From IMG/VR virus record IMGVR_UViG_3300028840_003717: a stretch of DNA of 64,000 nucleotides; one strand, 5' to 3'. A program made the position numbers and the translations under genes. Under the pieces are notes generated by a model. The model did not search any database and was not told the DNA's origin. It was given only the letters and a program-made list of their open reading frames with translations. Within the stretch, counting starts at the first letter, position 1, and each line of letters starts with the position of its first letter. Of this stretch, positions 1 through 9,779 are shown piece by piece. Source of the DNA: a virus.

Positions 1-315
1 CTGTCCGTGTTCCTGGACGGGGCGGCGGACAAGCTCCACCTGGTGGACCCTGGAGCTGACCAGGCCCTGGTCCGCGGGACGGAGTACAGGGCGGAGGAGG
101 CCAGCCTCCTCACGTCCATCAAGACGGCCCTGGACGCGGCCGGTGGTAGCCTGGACACAGCCGGGACGGACCCCACCCTGGTGGGCCTGGCCTCCCTGGC
201 GGCCGGGGCCTTGGAGGCGGCCGGGGCCAGCCTGAAGGCGGCGGCCACGGCCATTGACGGGAGTGACCTGACCACGGCCTCCTGGGCCTTGTCGGACAAG
301 GCGTTCACGGAGTAG
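1..315 (+). CDS. 5'-partial virion protein upstream of the gp25-like gene (possibly baseplate spike/hub C-terminus)
   Basis: Frame is open from base 1 with the genome's typical codon usage; Ala/Thr-rich; assignment rests on position only. Confidence 0.4.
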   Translation: MSVFLDGAADKLHLVDPGADQALVRGTEYRAEEASLLTSIKTALDAAGGSLDTAGTDPTLVGLASLAAGALEAAGASLKAAATAIDGSDLTTASWALSDKAFTE

Positions 316-318
316 ACG

Positions 319-738
319 ATGGCCGATCAAGCGATCCTTGGATATGGACTCCTGGCTCCCTTCCGGAGGGGAGCCAATGACTTTGTGGCGGCCGGAGGGG
401 AGGAGCTGATCAAGTCGTCCATCCGGACGATCCTGGGGACCCGGTGTGGTTCCGCCACCACCTCCGGGGAGGTCCCGTTCAACCAATCCCTGGGGAGCCT
501 CCTCTACCTCCTCCGCCATGAGAACATGGACGATCCGGCGATCGATGAGCTGGCCCGCTACTACGTGGTGGACGCGATCCGCCGGAATGAGCCCAGGGTC
601 CGCCTGAAGGTGGTCAGGTTCATCAAGGACCCCAGGGCCTACAGCTACACCATCACCATCCGCTACGATGTCATTTCGCGGAACGTCCCCGGGAACCGTG
701 TGGTGGTCCGGGACGTGTCACAGGAGGTCACGGTATGA
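319..738 (+). CDS. Baseplate wedge protein, gp25/GPW-like
   Basis: 139 aa; IKSSIRTILGTRCG..GEVPFNQSLGS..L..DAIRRNEPRVRL matches the gp25 pattern; precedes baseplate J. Confidence 0.85.
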   Translation: MADQAILGYGLLAPFRRGANDFVAAGGEELIKSSIRTILGTRCGSATTSGEVPFNQSLGSLLYLLRHENMDDPAIDELARYYVVDAIRRNEPRVRLKVVRFIKDPRAYSYTITIRYDVISRNVPGNRVVVRDVSQEVTV

Positions 739-2285
739 CCACGATCCCCAGCCCTCCGGACTACACGGACAAGGACTTCGCCTCCATCCGTCAACGGATC
801 ATCACCCACCTGGTGGCCCTGTTCCCCAGGTGGACGGACTACAACAGGTCCAATTTCGGGACGGTCCTGATAGAGGCTTTCGCCTACGTGGGGGACATCC
901 TGGCCTACTACCAGGACGCCCAAGCCAGGGAGACCAGGTGGTCCACGGCCGTCCGTAGGGCCTCCATCATCTCCCTGGCCAGGCTCATCAACTACACCCT
1001 GGACGGGGCCGTGGCGGCCACGGTGGACATGGACGTCACCATCACCAGGCCGGTGAGCCCAGGCGGCCAGGTGACCATCCCGATCGGGACCTTCGTGAAA
1101 ACGGCGGAGCTGATCGATCCGGTCAGGTTCCAGGTGGTGACGGCGGACCTGGTGATCGCCCCCGGGGACACGGCCGGGATCATGACGGTGGAGAACAGTG
1201 AGACCCATGAGGATGTGTTTGAGGCCCGTGGGGAGAATGGGGAGGAATTCACCCTGTCACAGGTTCCGTTCCTTGATGACTCGGACGTCATGACCATTGA
1301 CGCCCTGGCCTGGACCAGGGTGGACAGTTTCCTGGACTCGGACCCCACCGATCGCCACTACGTGGTCCTGGTGGATGAGAACGATCGGGCCACGTTCCGG
1401 ACGGGGGACGGGATCAACGGAGCTGTCCCTCCGGCCGGGGGGACCGTCCTGGTCAGCTACAAGACGGGCGGAGGTGATGACGGCAACGTGGAGGCCGGGA
1501 CGATCACCAAGTTTGAGCCGGGGAGCTGGACGGACAGCCTGGGGAACCCTGTGGTGGTCACCGTGACCAACCCCTTGGCGGCCTCCGGAGGCTATGACCG
1601 GGAGACGGTGGCCAGGGCCAGGGAGCTGGCCCCCAGGTCCCTCCGTGTCCTCAACCGGTGTGTGGCCCGGAGGGACTTTGAGGACCTGGCCGTCCAGGTC
1701 CCTGGGGTGGCCAGGGCCTTGATGCTCACCAAGGGTGAGGATGTGGCCGTCCCGGACTTCAACTATGGTCTCCTGTTCGTGGTCCCCACCGGCGGCGGGA
1801 CCCCCACCGGGGTCCTCCTCACGGCCGTGGAGGACTACATCAACGATGGGTTCCCCACCATGTTGACGTTTGGGTGGGAGGCCAGGGTCCCGGTCTACAA
1901 CACGATCAACGTGGTGGCCACGGTCTACCTGGCCCAGGACGCGGAGGAGGACACGGTGGCCACGTCCGTCCGCCAGGCCCTGTCCGACTTCTTCGCCCCC
2001 CTCAACGCGGACGGGTCCACCAATGAGCTGGTGGACTTTGGCTACAACTACAAGGACAAGGACGGGGACCCGGACCCTATGGTGGCCCTGTCGGACATCA
2101 AGAACATCATCAACGACACCACCGGGGTCCGGAGGCTGGGGACTCCGGACGATGGTGAGGGGGTGACCCTCGACGGGGCGGAGGACAACGTGGACCTGAT
2201 CCTCCGGGAGTTTCCGGAGGCCGGGACCCTCACCCTCATCAACGGGGACACGGCCGGGACCTTTTACTCCGGCCCGATCGATTAG
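735..2285 (+). CDS. Baseplate J-like / gp6-like wedge protein
   Basis: DYTDKDFASIR..WTDYNRSNFGTVLIEAFAYVGDILAYYQD; FRTGDGINGAVP; GGYDRET..RCVARRDFEDLA. Confidence 0.9.
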   Translation: MTTIPSPPDYTDKDFASIRQRIITHLVALFPRWTDYNRSNFGTVLIEAFAYVGDILAYYQDAQARETRWSTAVRRASIISLARLINYTLDGAVAATVDMDVTITRPVSPGGQVTIPIGTFVKTAELIDPVRFQVVTADLVIAPGDTAGIMTVENSETHEDVFEARGENGEEFTLSQVPFLDDSDVMTIDALAWTRVDSFLDSDPTDRHYVVLVDENDRATFRTGDGINGAVPPAGGTVLVSYKTGGGDDGNVEAGTITKFEPGSWTDSLGNPVVVTVTNPLAASGGYDRETVARARELAPRSLRVLNRCVARRDFEDLAVQVPGVARALMLTKGEDVAVPDFNYGLLFVVPTGGGTPTGVLLTAVEDYINDGFPTMLTFGWEARVPVYNTINVVATVYLAQDAEEDTVATSVRQALSDFFAPLNADGSTNELVDFGYNYKDKDGDPDPMVALSDIKNIINDTTGVRRLGTPDDGEGVTLDGAEDNVDLILREFPEAGTLTLINGDTAGTFYSGPID

Positions 2286-2305
2286 AGGACCTGGAGGAGG
2301 ACACC

Positions 2306-3430
2306 ATGGCGATCGAAGTCTATCAAAGCCAATACGCTGGGGACGATTACAACAACTGGCCCCGTGAGGCTTTCGAGCTGGCCAGTTTTTTCTCAGGGTC
2401 CAGCCACTTCACCATCATTGACAGCTACACCACCCATTGGTGGGAAAACCGACCGTGGGATGGACCACTCCCCACCCCATACGCCAGCTATGTGGGCCAC
2501 CGATACAAGGGGGACCCGATCGCGGACACGGAGGCCAGGCCATCCGGATCTGGTGGCCCCTATCGGGTGTGGGAGGACACCACGGACATGGGGTCAGCCA
2601 ATGACTGGTTCGTGATCCAGTGTGAGACCACCATCCATGGGTCCTACGGCCTCCCCAAGTGGCAAGCCAAGATCCAATGGACCAACTCCACCGGGTTCGA
2701 TGATGTCTCCGGCCTGAACTATGGGACGGAGGGTTCCACCAGGAGGTTCAATGTCCGGTTCTCCCCTCACGGTGGGTGGAACCTGGCGGACACCAACCCG
2801 GACTTTGACCCGGCTGGCCAGTCCTACAGGTCCTCACAAAACCATATGTATACGTTCGGCCACGGCGGCTCCGGGAATGACACCAGGTGGATTCTGGTGG
2901 CGGATGACGGCCAGCTTTGGAAGATGAACAGGAGGAACCAATCCGCCTTTGATGCGATCTACTTTGAGGGCTACATGGGGGACATTGTCCCGGTAGCTCC
3001 GGCTGGTGACCAGCCTGTCCCCAGGGTGTTTCACTGGGGTGGGGCCGATGTGAATTATGTCTACACCAACGGCTACCTTCCGGAGGATTCATATGTCACC
3101 GGCCCGTCCGACACCTACGGGGGGCTGGCCTTTGAGGATGAGTCCGGCTTGTGGGTTGAGGAGGGCTTCAGGCTCCCGGACGGCCAGCGGATGGCCAGCT
3201 ACTTGACACAGCCCAACCGTCACGCGGCGGACCTCCTCTCACAGTATGAGATTGACGTCCTTCCCTACTACCTGATCGGTTCCACCAAGGGGATGATCGG
3301 GACGGTCCCCCTGGTGGGCCGGTCCTACATGCCGGGGTTCATGCTGATCGCCAACAAACAGATCCTTTGCACCAAGGCCGGCTATGGGGTCCTGGTGAAG
3401 TGGGACGGGTCCACGGACCTGAACTTCTGA
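2306..3430 (+). CDS. Hypothetical virion/tail protein (paralog 1)
   Basis: 374 aa, SD GGAGG upstream, Trp/Tyr/Gly-rich, inside the baseplate cluster; shares motifs with the next ORF. Confidence 0.6.
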   Translation: MAIEVYQSQYAGDDYNNWPREAFELASFFSGSSHFTIIDSYTTHWWENRPWDGPLPTPYASYVGHRYKGDPIADTEARPSGSGGPYRVWEDTTDMGSANDWFVIQCETTIHGSYGLPKWQAKIQWTNSTGFDDVSGLNYGTEGSTRRFNVRFSPHGGWNLADTNPDFDPAGQSYRSSQNHMYTFGHGGSGNDTRWILVADDGQLWKMNRRNQSAFDAIYFEGYMGDIVPVAPAGDQPVPRVFHWGGADVNYVYTNGYLPEDSYVTGPSDTYGGLAFEDESGLWVEEGFRLPDGQRMASYLTQPNRHAADLLSQYEIDVLPYYLIGSTKGMIGTVPLVGRSYMPGFMLIANKQILCTKAGYGVLVKWDGSTDLNF

Positions 3431-3443
3431 GGAGGAGTCCACC

Positions 3444-4538
3444 ATGTCCGGAACAATGCAATATCGAGTTAACAGGGTGTGGGACTCCACGATCCAGCCC
3501 AACGTGTCCCCGGCCAGGTTCCTGTGGGAATGGTTGAATTTCATCAACGACCACCCTGGACTCACCGTTGTGGAGTGTGGGACGGGGACCACCAGCCACG
3601 GGTCATCCATCCCGGTTGAGTGGTTGTCATGGGACGGTGTGGCTGATCCCTCCACCCTGTCTCCCACCCCGTTCCTCCCCAATTCGTGGGTGGTGTTCCG
3701 GGCTGTCAATGCGGACGCCCTCCTTGACGGTGGCGGAGGTATGCCGTGGGAGGCCAAGGTCCAGGGGACATGGGGAGGGACCAACTATGACGATCCGTCC
3801 GTTACGGACTACGGCCAAGACGGGAACGCGGACAGGGTGGTCCTCCGGTCCTCGCCTGCTGGCGGCTGGACCGGGGCTTCTGTGTTCGATTTCTCCCCAA
3901 ACACTGGTGAGGCCGTGAGCCAGGACATGGCCATCTACTCCGGAGCGGATAAGGACTTCTGGCTGGATCTGGTGGGTGATGATGACACCCTGTTCTGGAA
4001 AGGCGCGGCCGGGGACTGGCCCACCGATGACCCCAAGGCACGGAGCCGGGGTGGCTACCTGGGGATGTTCCAGCGGAGGTCCCCGGCCATCAAGTGGCCG
4101 TTTTGGATGACGGCCGGTCAGATCCTGGACGCTACAGCCGGAGGGTCTTATCCGGTCAACTCCAAGCGGACCACCAACGGCTATTATGTGTGGGCTCCCA
4201 ACTACTCCTGGAATTGGCCGTCCTTCAGCCTGGGGAGGGATGACACGGCCGTCCAGGGCCACCGGTGTGACACGTGGTCCTATGTGGTCATCAACGCTAT
4301 GAACCCTTGCATCTACACGGGGGAGGATGTTCTCCCGGCCATCCTCATCCGTGAGAACGCCACACCGGACTACTATGACGTCCTGGGGGAGCTGAGGTTC
4401 TTGGTCACCGTCAAGAACGCCTATGGACAGAACACGGTCCTGGGGAGCAACGGTGACCTGATCCAGATCTGTGTGGACCATGCCAGCTATGGGGGGATCG
4501 CTATGCCGTGGCCCTCCGGTGTGATCCCGTCCTGGTAG
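3444..4538 (+). CDS. Hypothetical virion/tail protein (paralog 2)
   Basis: 364 aa, SD GGAGGAG; WEAKVQ..YDD..DYG..RSSPAGGW parallels WQAKIQ..FDD..NYG..RFSPHGGW in the previous ORF. Confidence 0.6.
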   Translation: MSGTMQYRVNRVWDSTIQPNVSPARFLWEWLNFINDHPGLTVVECGTGTTSHGSSIPVEWLSWDGVADPSTLSPTPFLPNSWVVFRAVNADALLDGGGGMPWEAKVQGTWGGTNYDDPSVTDYGQDGNADRVVLRSSPAGGWTGASVFDFSPNTGEAVSQDMAIYSGADKDFWLDLVGDDDTLFWKGAAGDWPTDDPKARSRGGYLGMFQRRSPAIKWPFWMTAGQILDATAGGSYPVNSKRTTNGYYVWAPNYSWNWPSFSLGRDDTAVQGHRCDTWSYVVINAMNPCIYTGEDVLPAILIRENATPDYYDVLGELRFLVTVKNAYGQNTVLGSNGDLIQICVDHASYGGIAMPWPSGVIPSW

Positions 4539-4553
4539 AGGGAGGAGGAGCCC

Positions 4554-5465
4554 ATGGCGTTCCTAGCACATTGGAAGATCGGCGGAGCCCCCGGGGACGC
4601 CATGAACGGCCAGGCGGCCGTGGACTCCGCGGCCGGTGGCTCCGGAGCCCATGATGGGACCTATGTCCTCAACGCCCTGGGGGGTTCCCTCCTCAAAGGG
4701 TTCGGGACGGATGAAGGGCTCCACCTCCAGGCCAGCTCATATTGGAATTATGGCTACATCCACAACATGGCCAACGTGGCGGACCTCCGCCTCCAAGGCT
4801 TGATGACCGTGGCGGCCTGGTTCCGCAAGCTGGACAACTACGCGGTGGAATCCGGCCTCTATCTGGCCAACTGTGGAGGCTCCGCCGGGACACAGGCGGA
4901 GAATCGTCAATGGACGCTGGAGGCCAGGGCCGGAGGTGGGCTCCGGATGTTGTGGGAGAACGGGGTGGGGGTGAACGTGGACGTCCAGTCCATCTCTGGA
5001 ATCCTCCCGGTGAGGACCAGGTGGGTCCACGTGGCGGCTGTCCGCTATGAGGTAACCCCGGGGTTCTACGGGGTCAGGTTCTACGTGGACGGGGTCCTGG
5101 CGGACACACAGGACAACACCGGCTCCGGCTGGGCTCCGCCTGACGGCGGCGGATCATCCCCGGTCTACATCGGCCGGTGGGCCGGTGGACAGCCGGCCCG
5201 TGGCTTCGCTGTTGACTCCGTCCGCCTGTATGACTCCGATGAGGGGGCCAACCTGGCGGCCATCGTGGCGGCGGAGGCTCCGGCCTTTCAGCCGGTGGGC
5301 CAGGACGTCTCCCCCAGCCTTCGCCTGGACGGCCAGGGGAGCCAGATCGTGGGTGGGAGGGACCTTGATCCCAGCCTCACCCTGACGGGCCAGGGCCATC
5401 ACTTGGGCCGGATGGTCTACACGGGAGAACGGTCCGGCCGGCCCAACGCGGGGTTCCACCAATGA
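4554..5465 (+). CDS. LamG/concanavalin A-like domain virion protein
   Basis: MTVAAWF..RWVHVAAV..VRFYVDG..VYIGRW..F.VDSVRLYD is the LamG-like jellyroll pattern. Confidence 0.8.
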   Translation: MAFLAHWKIGGAPGDAMNGQAAVDSAAGGSGAHDGTYVLNALGGSLLKGFGTDEGLHLQASSYWNYGYIHNMANVADLRLQGLMTVAAWFRKLDNYAVESGLYLANCGGSAGTQAENRQWTLEARAGGGLRMLWENGVGVNVDVQSISGILPVRTRWVHVAAVRYEVTPGFYGVRFYVDGVLADTQDNTGSGWAPPDGGGSSPVYIGRWAGGQPARGFAVDSVRLYDSDEGANLAAIVAAEAPAFQPVGQDVSPSLRLDGQGSQIVGGRDLDPSLTLTGQGHHLGRMVYTGERSGRPNAGFHQ

Positions 5466-6892
5466 CGGAGACCTATTGGAACCACTACGGGGACCCCAAC
5501 AGTCCCCCCACCATCTATGACGGTCTCCCCGTCCAACAGGATGAGGACCGGGACGTCCCGGTGTCATTCGTGATCGGGGACCTCCAGGACAACGTGGACC
5601 TGTCCACCCTCAGTGTGGTCCTGATCTTTGACCTCCAAGGGTCCAATGAGACGTTCTATCCCGTCATTACCGGTGGGGTGTGGGAGTCCGGCTACTCCGG
5701 GACCATCACGGCCAACGGGGTGGGGGGCTATGACGTCGCCGTCACCACACACCCTGACTTCGCTGAGGGGAGCTGGGCCGCCACGGTCTACGTGGAGGAC
5801 ACGGTGGGGGAGCCCGGGACGGCCTTCTGGACGTGGGGGGTGGTGTTCCGGGCCAGGCTCATCTCCGTCAAGGCCGTCAAGCGGAGGGAGCTGGAGCTGA
5901 CATGGGACGCCCCGGTCCGTGTCCGGGCGGAGGCCATCCTCCTCCAGGACCCGGACGTGGAGGACCGCTACACTCCGGTGGACTGGACAGGCCGTGGAGG
6001 CCAGGCCAGTGACGCGGCCAACCCGGACAACTACACCCTGTCTCGTCCTGGCTCCGGTGACCTGACGGAGGCCGGTGAGGCGGCCCCCATCGCGGCCACG
6101 TGGGCCTATGAGCTGGACGGGTCCTGGTTCGTCTCCGGTGGGGTGGTCTACTCCACCAAGGTCCGGGTGGTGACGGACTATCAGATGACGGCCAGGGCGG
6201 CCTATCACATCCTGGTGTCCGGGGTCATCGGTGAGACCCCCAACGTGATGACGGACACGGACGTTGACTTTGAAGGTTTCATCGTCTCCCACGTGGTCCG
6301 TGGCTCCCTCCACCTGTGGGACCTGGTGTCCGGCCTCCACCGGCGGGATGACACGGACGGGACCGGTGACCTGGCCAAGCTGTTCACGGCCCTCCAGGAG
6401 GTCCTGGACCGGCTGATAGAGGATATTGACGCTTTCTTCCTGGAGCTGTGTGACATTGACAAGCTCCGGGAGGACTTCCTGGACACCCTCCTCCATGACC
6501 TGGGGAATCCCTTTGAGGGGATGTTCGTCCTGTCCCCCATCAAAAAGAGGAGGCTGGCCTCCATCCTGGTCCAGATCTACCGGGAGAAGGGGACGTGTCA
6601 GGGAATCCTCAACGCGGTCCTGTTCTTCGTGGAGGTGGCCCTGTCGTCCTGTTTCGAGCCCTGGCAAGCTGACACGTGGAGGCTGGCCGGGGGGAGCTAT
6701 CCGTCACCCACGGGGCCGGACCAGGATGAGCTGGGCCTGGACACCATCCTGGGGGGAGACACAACGGAGATCTACACGTTCCGGCTGGTGAGCCCAACCG
6801 TCCTGACGGTGGAGCAACGATCGCAGATCAACGCGATCGCGGACTACATGAAGCCGGCTAACACCGTCTATCGCGGGATCATCGAACCCTGA
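5462..6892 (+). CDS. Baseplate/tail protein with C-terminal P2 gpI-like domain
   Basis: C-terminal DIDKLREDFLDTLLHDLG..KRRLASILVQIYREKGTCQGI and final ..IADYMKPANT; N-terminal Ig-like region. Confidence 0.75.
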   Translation: MTETYWNHYGDPNSPPTIYDGLPVQQDEDRDVPVSFVIGDLQDNVDLSTLSVVLIFDLQGSNETFYPVITGGVWESGYSGTITANGVGGYDVAVTTHPDFAEGSWAATVYVEDTVGEPGTAFWTWGVVFRARLISVKAVKRRELELTWDAPVRVRAEAILLQDPDVEDRYTPVDWTGRGGQASDAANPDNYTLSRPGSGDLTEAGEAAPIAATWAYELDGSWFVSGGVVYSTKVRVVTDYQMTARAAYHILVSGVIGETPNVMTDTDVDFEGFIVSHVVRGSLHLWDLVSGLHRRDDTDGTGDLAKLFTALQEVLDRLIEDIDAFFLELCDIDKLREDFLDTLLHDLGNPFEGMFVLSPIKKRRLASILVQIYREKGTCQGILNAVLFFVEVALSSCFEPWQADTWRLAGGSYPSPTGPDQDELGLDTILGGDTTEIYTFRLVSPTVLTVEQRSQINAIADYMKPANTVYRGIIEP

Positions 6893-6917
6893 CCAGGTAG
6901 AGGGGAGGAGGACTTCC

Positions 6918-8576
6918 ATGGACCGATCGGATTTCTACTACAGGCAGATCGTCACACAGGCGGAGATGGACCAAGCCTTTGACGATCCGGAGGCGGCCAT
7001 CCGGGCCATCACCGGGGACTATGACCTCCAGGTGGGGGTGGCGGCCGGGATGGAGGTCCAGGAGACAAGTCCCGTCTCCGGCTCCGTGGAGGTCACCACC
7101 GGGGCGGCCTATGACTCACAGGGCCGGAGGGTCCCGGTCCTCACCTTGGGGACCATTGACCTGTCCTCCCTTATGCCGGACATCAACCCTCGCTACGTCC
7201 GGATCTATGCTGAATTCGGCCGGACCATGAGTGACCCCAGGCTGGACGGCAACAATGACCCGGTGGACTATCGACAGACGGAGGAGGCCGTCCTGTCCTA
7301 CGTGGCCGGGGTGGCGGCCGGCTCCCCCGTGAAGCCGACGATCGATCCCACCAAGGTCCTCCTGGCCACCATCCTGATCGGGGACGGGAACACTACGATC
7401 ACGGACTCGGACATCTCCATGTCCACGGACCTGTCCAATGGTGGGGTGGACCCGGACCGCCAGGAATGCGGTGTCCTCATCCATCGTGGCCGGATGATCG
7501 GGGACGATCTCTACTTCGATGAGACGGAGGACCTGGCCATCAAGGGGATTTATCGTCTCTACCTGAAGGCCGGCTCCGCCGGGTTCCTGGGGGCGGATTT
7601 TGGGGACCGCTACCTCACAAACATTGGCCGGATCTACATGGGCCAGAATGACATTGTGGGGGTGGACCAGCTTGTCATGGACTCCGGTGGGGGCTCCGAT
7701 CCGGCCATCGACATGAACGGCCGGAACATTGGGGAGATCGGGGTCCTTGATGACGTGAGTGAGATCCAAATGGCCTCCACGGGACCCTCCTCCTGTATCG
7801 ACACCAACGGCCGGAACATTGTCACGGAGGGTGGCTCCATCGACACCACCGGGGGGAACCTGTCCAACGTGGGCTCCGTCTCCGGTGTGGGGGGTGTGGA
7901 CGTCTCCGGGTTCAGGGACGGGTCATTCTCCAGGGACCTGGACTGTGGGACCCTGACGGCCACGGACTCCGTGGACACCACCAACGGTCCGGTCCGGGCC
8001 AACGGGGCCACCGGTGAGGTGGTGGCGGCCCAGGACGTCAAGGCGGCCGGTGAGGTCATCGCGGACAGCGGAGGCTCCGGCTCCGGTGATTTCAAGTTCG
8101 GGGCCTCCAGGAGTTACTTCACCTACCTCCGGCCGGCGGACTTCACCCCGTTCAATGACGCCTATGGAATCCCGGCCAACCTGATCCGGGACATCCACTG
8201 GATCAGGGCCTTGGCGGCCGGGACCTATGTCCTCCACGCCCCGATCAACTTTCCTGACGGAGCCCTCCTGGCCAACCTGGTGGCCAAGCTCAATCAAGCG
8301 GCGGCCAGCTCCATCACCGTGGAGCTGTTCCGGATCAACCATAACCTGGGGAACCCCACAACTAACCCCAGCTACTCCAGCCTGGCTCAAATCAATCCGG
8401 TGGCCCCAACGGGGAGCTGGACCTCAGCGGCGGCTTCATTCACTCACACCGTCAACCTGTCCCTCTACACCTATATGGTGTGGATCGCCCTCACACAGGT
8501 GGATGACTACGTGGGGCCGATTCGTGTTGAATATGGCCTGGACGAATTCCGATCCAGGAACGTCCAGAAGATCTAG
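6918..8576 (+). CDS. Tail fibre / receptor-binding protein
   Basis: N-terminal baseplate-anchor-like segment, central Gly/Asp/Thr repeats (IDMNGRNI, IDTNGRNI, IDTTGGNL), beta-rich C-terminal head; follows gpI-like gene. Confidence 0.7.
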   Translation: MDRSDFYYRQIVTQAEMDQAFDDPEAAIRAITGDYDLQVGVAAGMEVQETSPVSGSVEVTTGAAYDSQGRRVPVLTLGTIDLSSLMPDINPRYVRIYAEFGRTMSDPRLDGNNDPVDYRQTEEAVLSYVAGVAAGSPVKPTIDPTKVLLATILIGDGNTTITDSDISMSTDLSNGGVDPDRQECGVLIHRGRMIGDDLYFDETEDLAIKGIYRLYLKAGSAGFLGADFGDRYLTNIGRIYMGQNDIVGVDQLVMDSGGGSDPAIDMNGRNIGEIGVLDDVSEIQMASTGPSSCIDTNGRNIVTEGGSIDTTGGNLSNVGSVSGVGGVDVSGFRDGSFSRDLDCGTLTATDSVDTTNGPVRANGATGEVVAAQDVKAAGEVIADSGGSGSGDFKFGASRSYFTYLRPADFTPFNDAYGIPANLIRDIHWIRALAAGTYVLHAPINFPDGALLANLVAKLNQAAASSITVELFRINHNLGNPTTNPSYSSLAQINPVAPTGSWTSAAASFTHTVNLSLYTYMVWIALTQVDDYVGPIRVEYGLDEFRSRNVQKI

Positions 8577-8585
8577 GAGGAGACG

Positions 8586-9227
8586 ATGAGGCGGAGCTGG
8601 ACGTGGAGCTGGGCCGTGGTGGCCCTCCTGGGCCTCCTGGCGGCCTGTGAGGGCCAGGAGTGTGGCCCGGTGACCCTGGAGGACATGGACCGTGGGAGGC
8701 TCACCAGGGACGGCCTGGAGCTGGTCCCGGACGCCCTCCCGTGGGTGGTGGTGGCCTGTGACCATGAGGAGCTACCGCGGGACGTGGTCCAGGAGGCCAT
8801 GGCCTGGTGGAATGACCAGGTGGGTGAGGACCTGTTCGTGGGTGGTGTGGACCAGGAGGAGCTGGACCGGCTGGAGTGGTTGGACGTCCAGGACCGGCCT
8901 GGGGTGGTCACCGTCAACGTGGAGGCCATCCTGTGGGAGGGCTGGACGGTGGACGATGATGACCCCAACGCCAACGGGGTGGCGGTCCTCCACAGCTCCC
9001 CCCTGGGGTTCATCACGGCGGCGGACGTGGTCCTGGACTATGAGATCAGCTACCACCTCCCCACCGTCCGGCTCACCCTAATCCATGAGCTGGGCCACAC
9101 CCTGGGCCTTGATGACGATGAGGGACCCCCCACCACGGTGGACCTCAACTCCTGTATGGGGAGCCCAACACCCCCCGGCTGTGAGCTGACGGACCAGGAC
9201 CTCCAGCTCATCCTGGACCTCCTGTAG
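8586..9227 (+). CDS. Lipoprotein, matrixin/metzincin-like zinc metalloprotease
   Basis: Lipobox-like LLAAC after a hydrophobic signal; HELGHTLGLDD (HExxHxxGxxD) and Met-turn SCMG. Confidence 0.8.
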   Translation: MRRSWTWSWAVVALLGLLAACEGQECGPVTLEDMDRGRLTRDGLELVPDALPWVVVACDHEELPRDVVQEAMAWWNDQVGEDLFVGGVDQEELDRLEWLDVQDRPGVVTVNVEAILWEGWTVDDDDPNANGVAVLHSSPLGFITAADVVLDYEISYHLPTVRLTLIHELGHTLGLDDDEGPPTTVDLNSCMGSPTPPGCELTDQDLQLILDLL

Positions 9228-9266
9228 GCCCTCCTCCACCCTCCTTCACAGCCCCCCGGCCGGTGT

Positions 9267-9350
9267 CCCTCATTGGGGCCTCCGGCGGCCCTCATCGGGG
9301 CCTCCTGGGCTCCCCCAGGGTGACCCTCCGCGGCCCTCATCGGGGCCTCC
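9267..9350 (+). repeat. Three copies of 17-mer CCCTCATYGGGGCCTCC
   Basis: Copies at 9267-9283, 9289-9305 and 9334-9350, read directly. Confidence 0.85.
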
Positions 9351-9352
9351 AT

Positions 9353-9729
9353 CTACGTGTCACGAATGACACAGCCACCATCCGGACGGGTCCTCCCTGT
9401 GTCGGAATATGTAGGACACGGGGTCACATTTCTGGCGAAAGTGATGATCTCTCGAAACGGCCAACAGCCGATCCCAGGGCCTGGAGGGGGGTTCTGACGG
9501 CCGGGAGAATCCCTGGTGTCATCCATCCTAGAATCTTTTTTCAGCGATTCTCAGCGATTCGGTGTTTCCTGGGCCTGTGATGGCCCTGTGAGGGCCGTTA
9601 GGCGAAACCCCCTCCCCCTGGGCCGTCCCGGCCTTCCGGCCCTTAGAGGGCCATTCTCGCGGCCCTATGAGCGAATGTGCTTTTCCCGCAGAAATTGGGG
9701 GCCGGTCCCCCCGTTTTTCTGGCACGGAC
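9353..9729 (+). repeat. Diverged inverted repeat, left copy (partner 52668-53038)
   Basis: Six blocks match the reverse complement of region B on one anti-diagonal (coordinate sums 62391-62399), including an 18/18 match 9486-9503 vs 52895-52912. Confidence 0.9.
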
Positions 9730-9779
9730 CCTGCTTCACCCCGTGGGGAAAAGTCATGTGATGTGAACCATTTGGAGCT

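Noticed and set aside
6918-8576. Diversity-generating retroelement target in the tail fibre
   Set aside because: No reverse transcriptase and no adenine-variant template repeat noticed in the window; one outside the window cannot be excluded.
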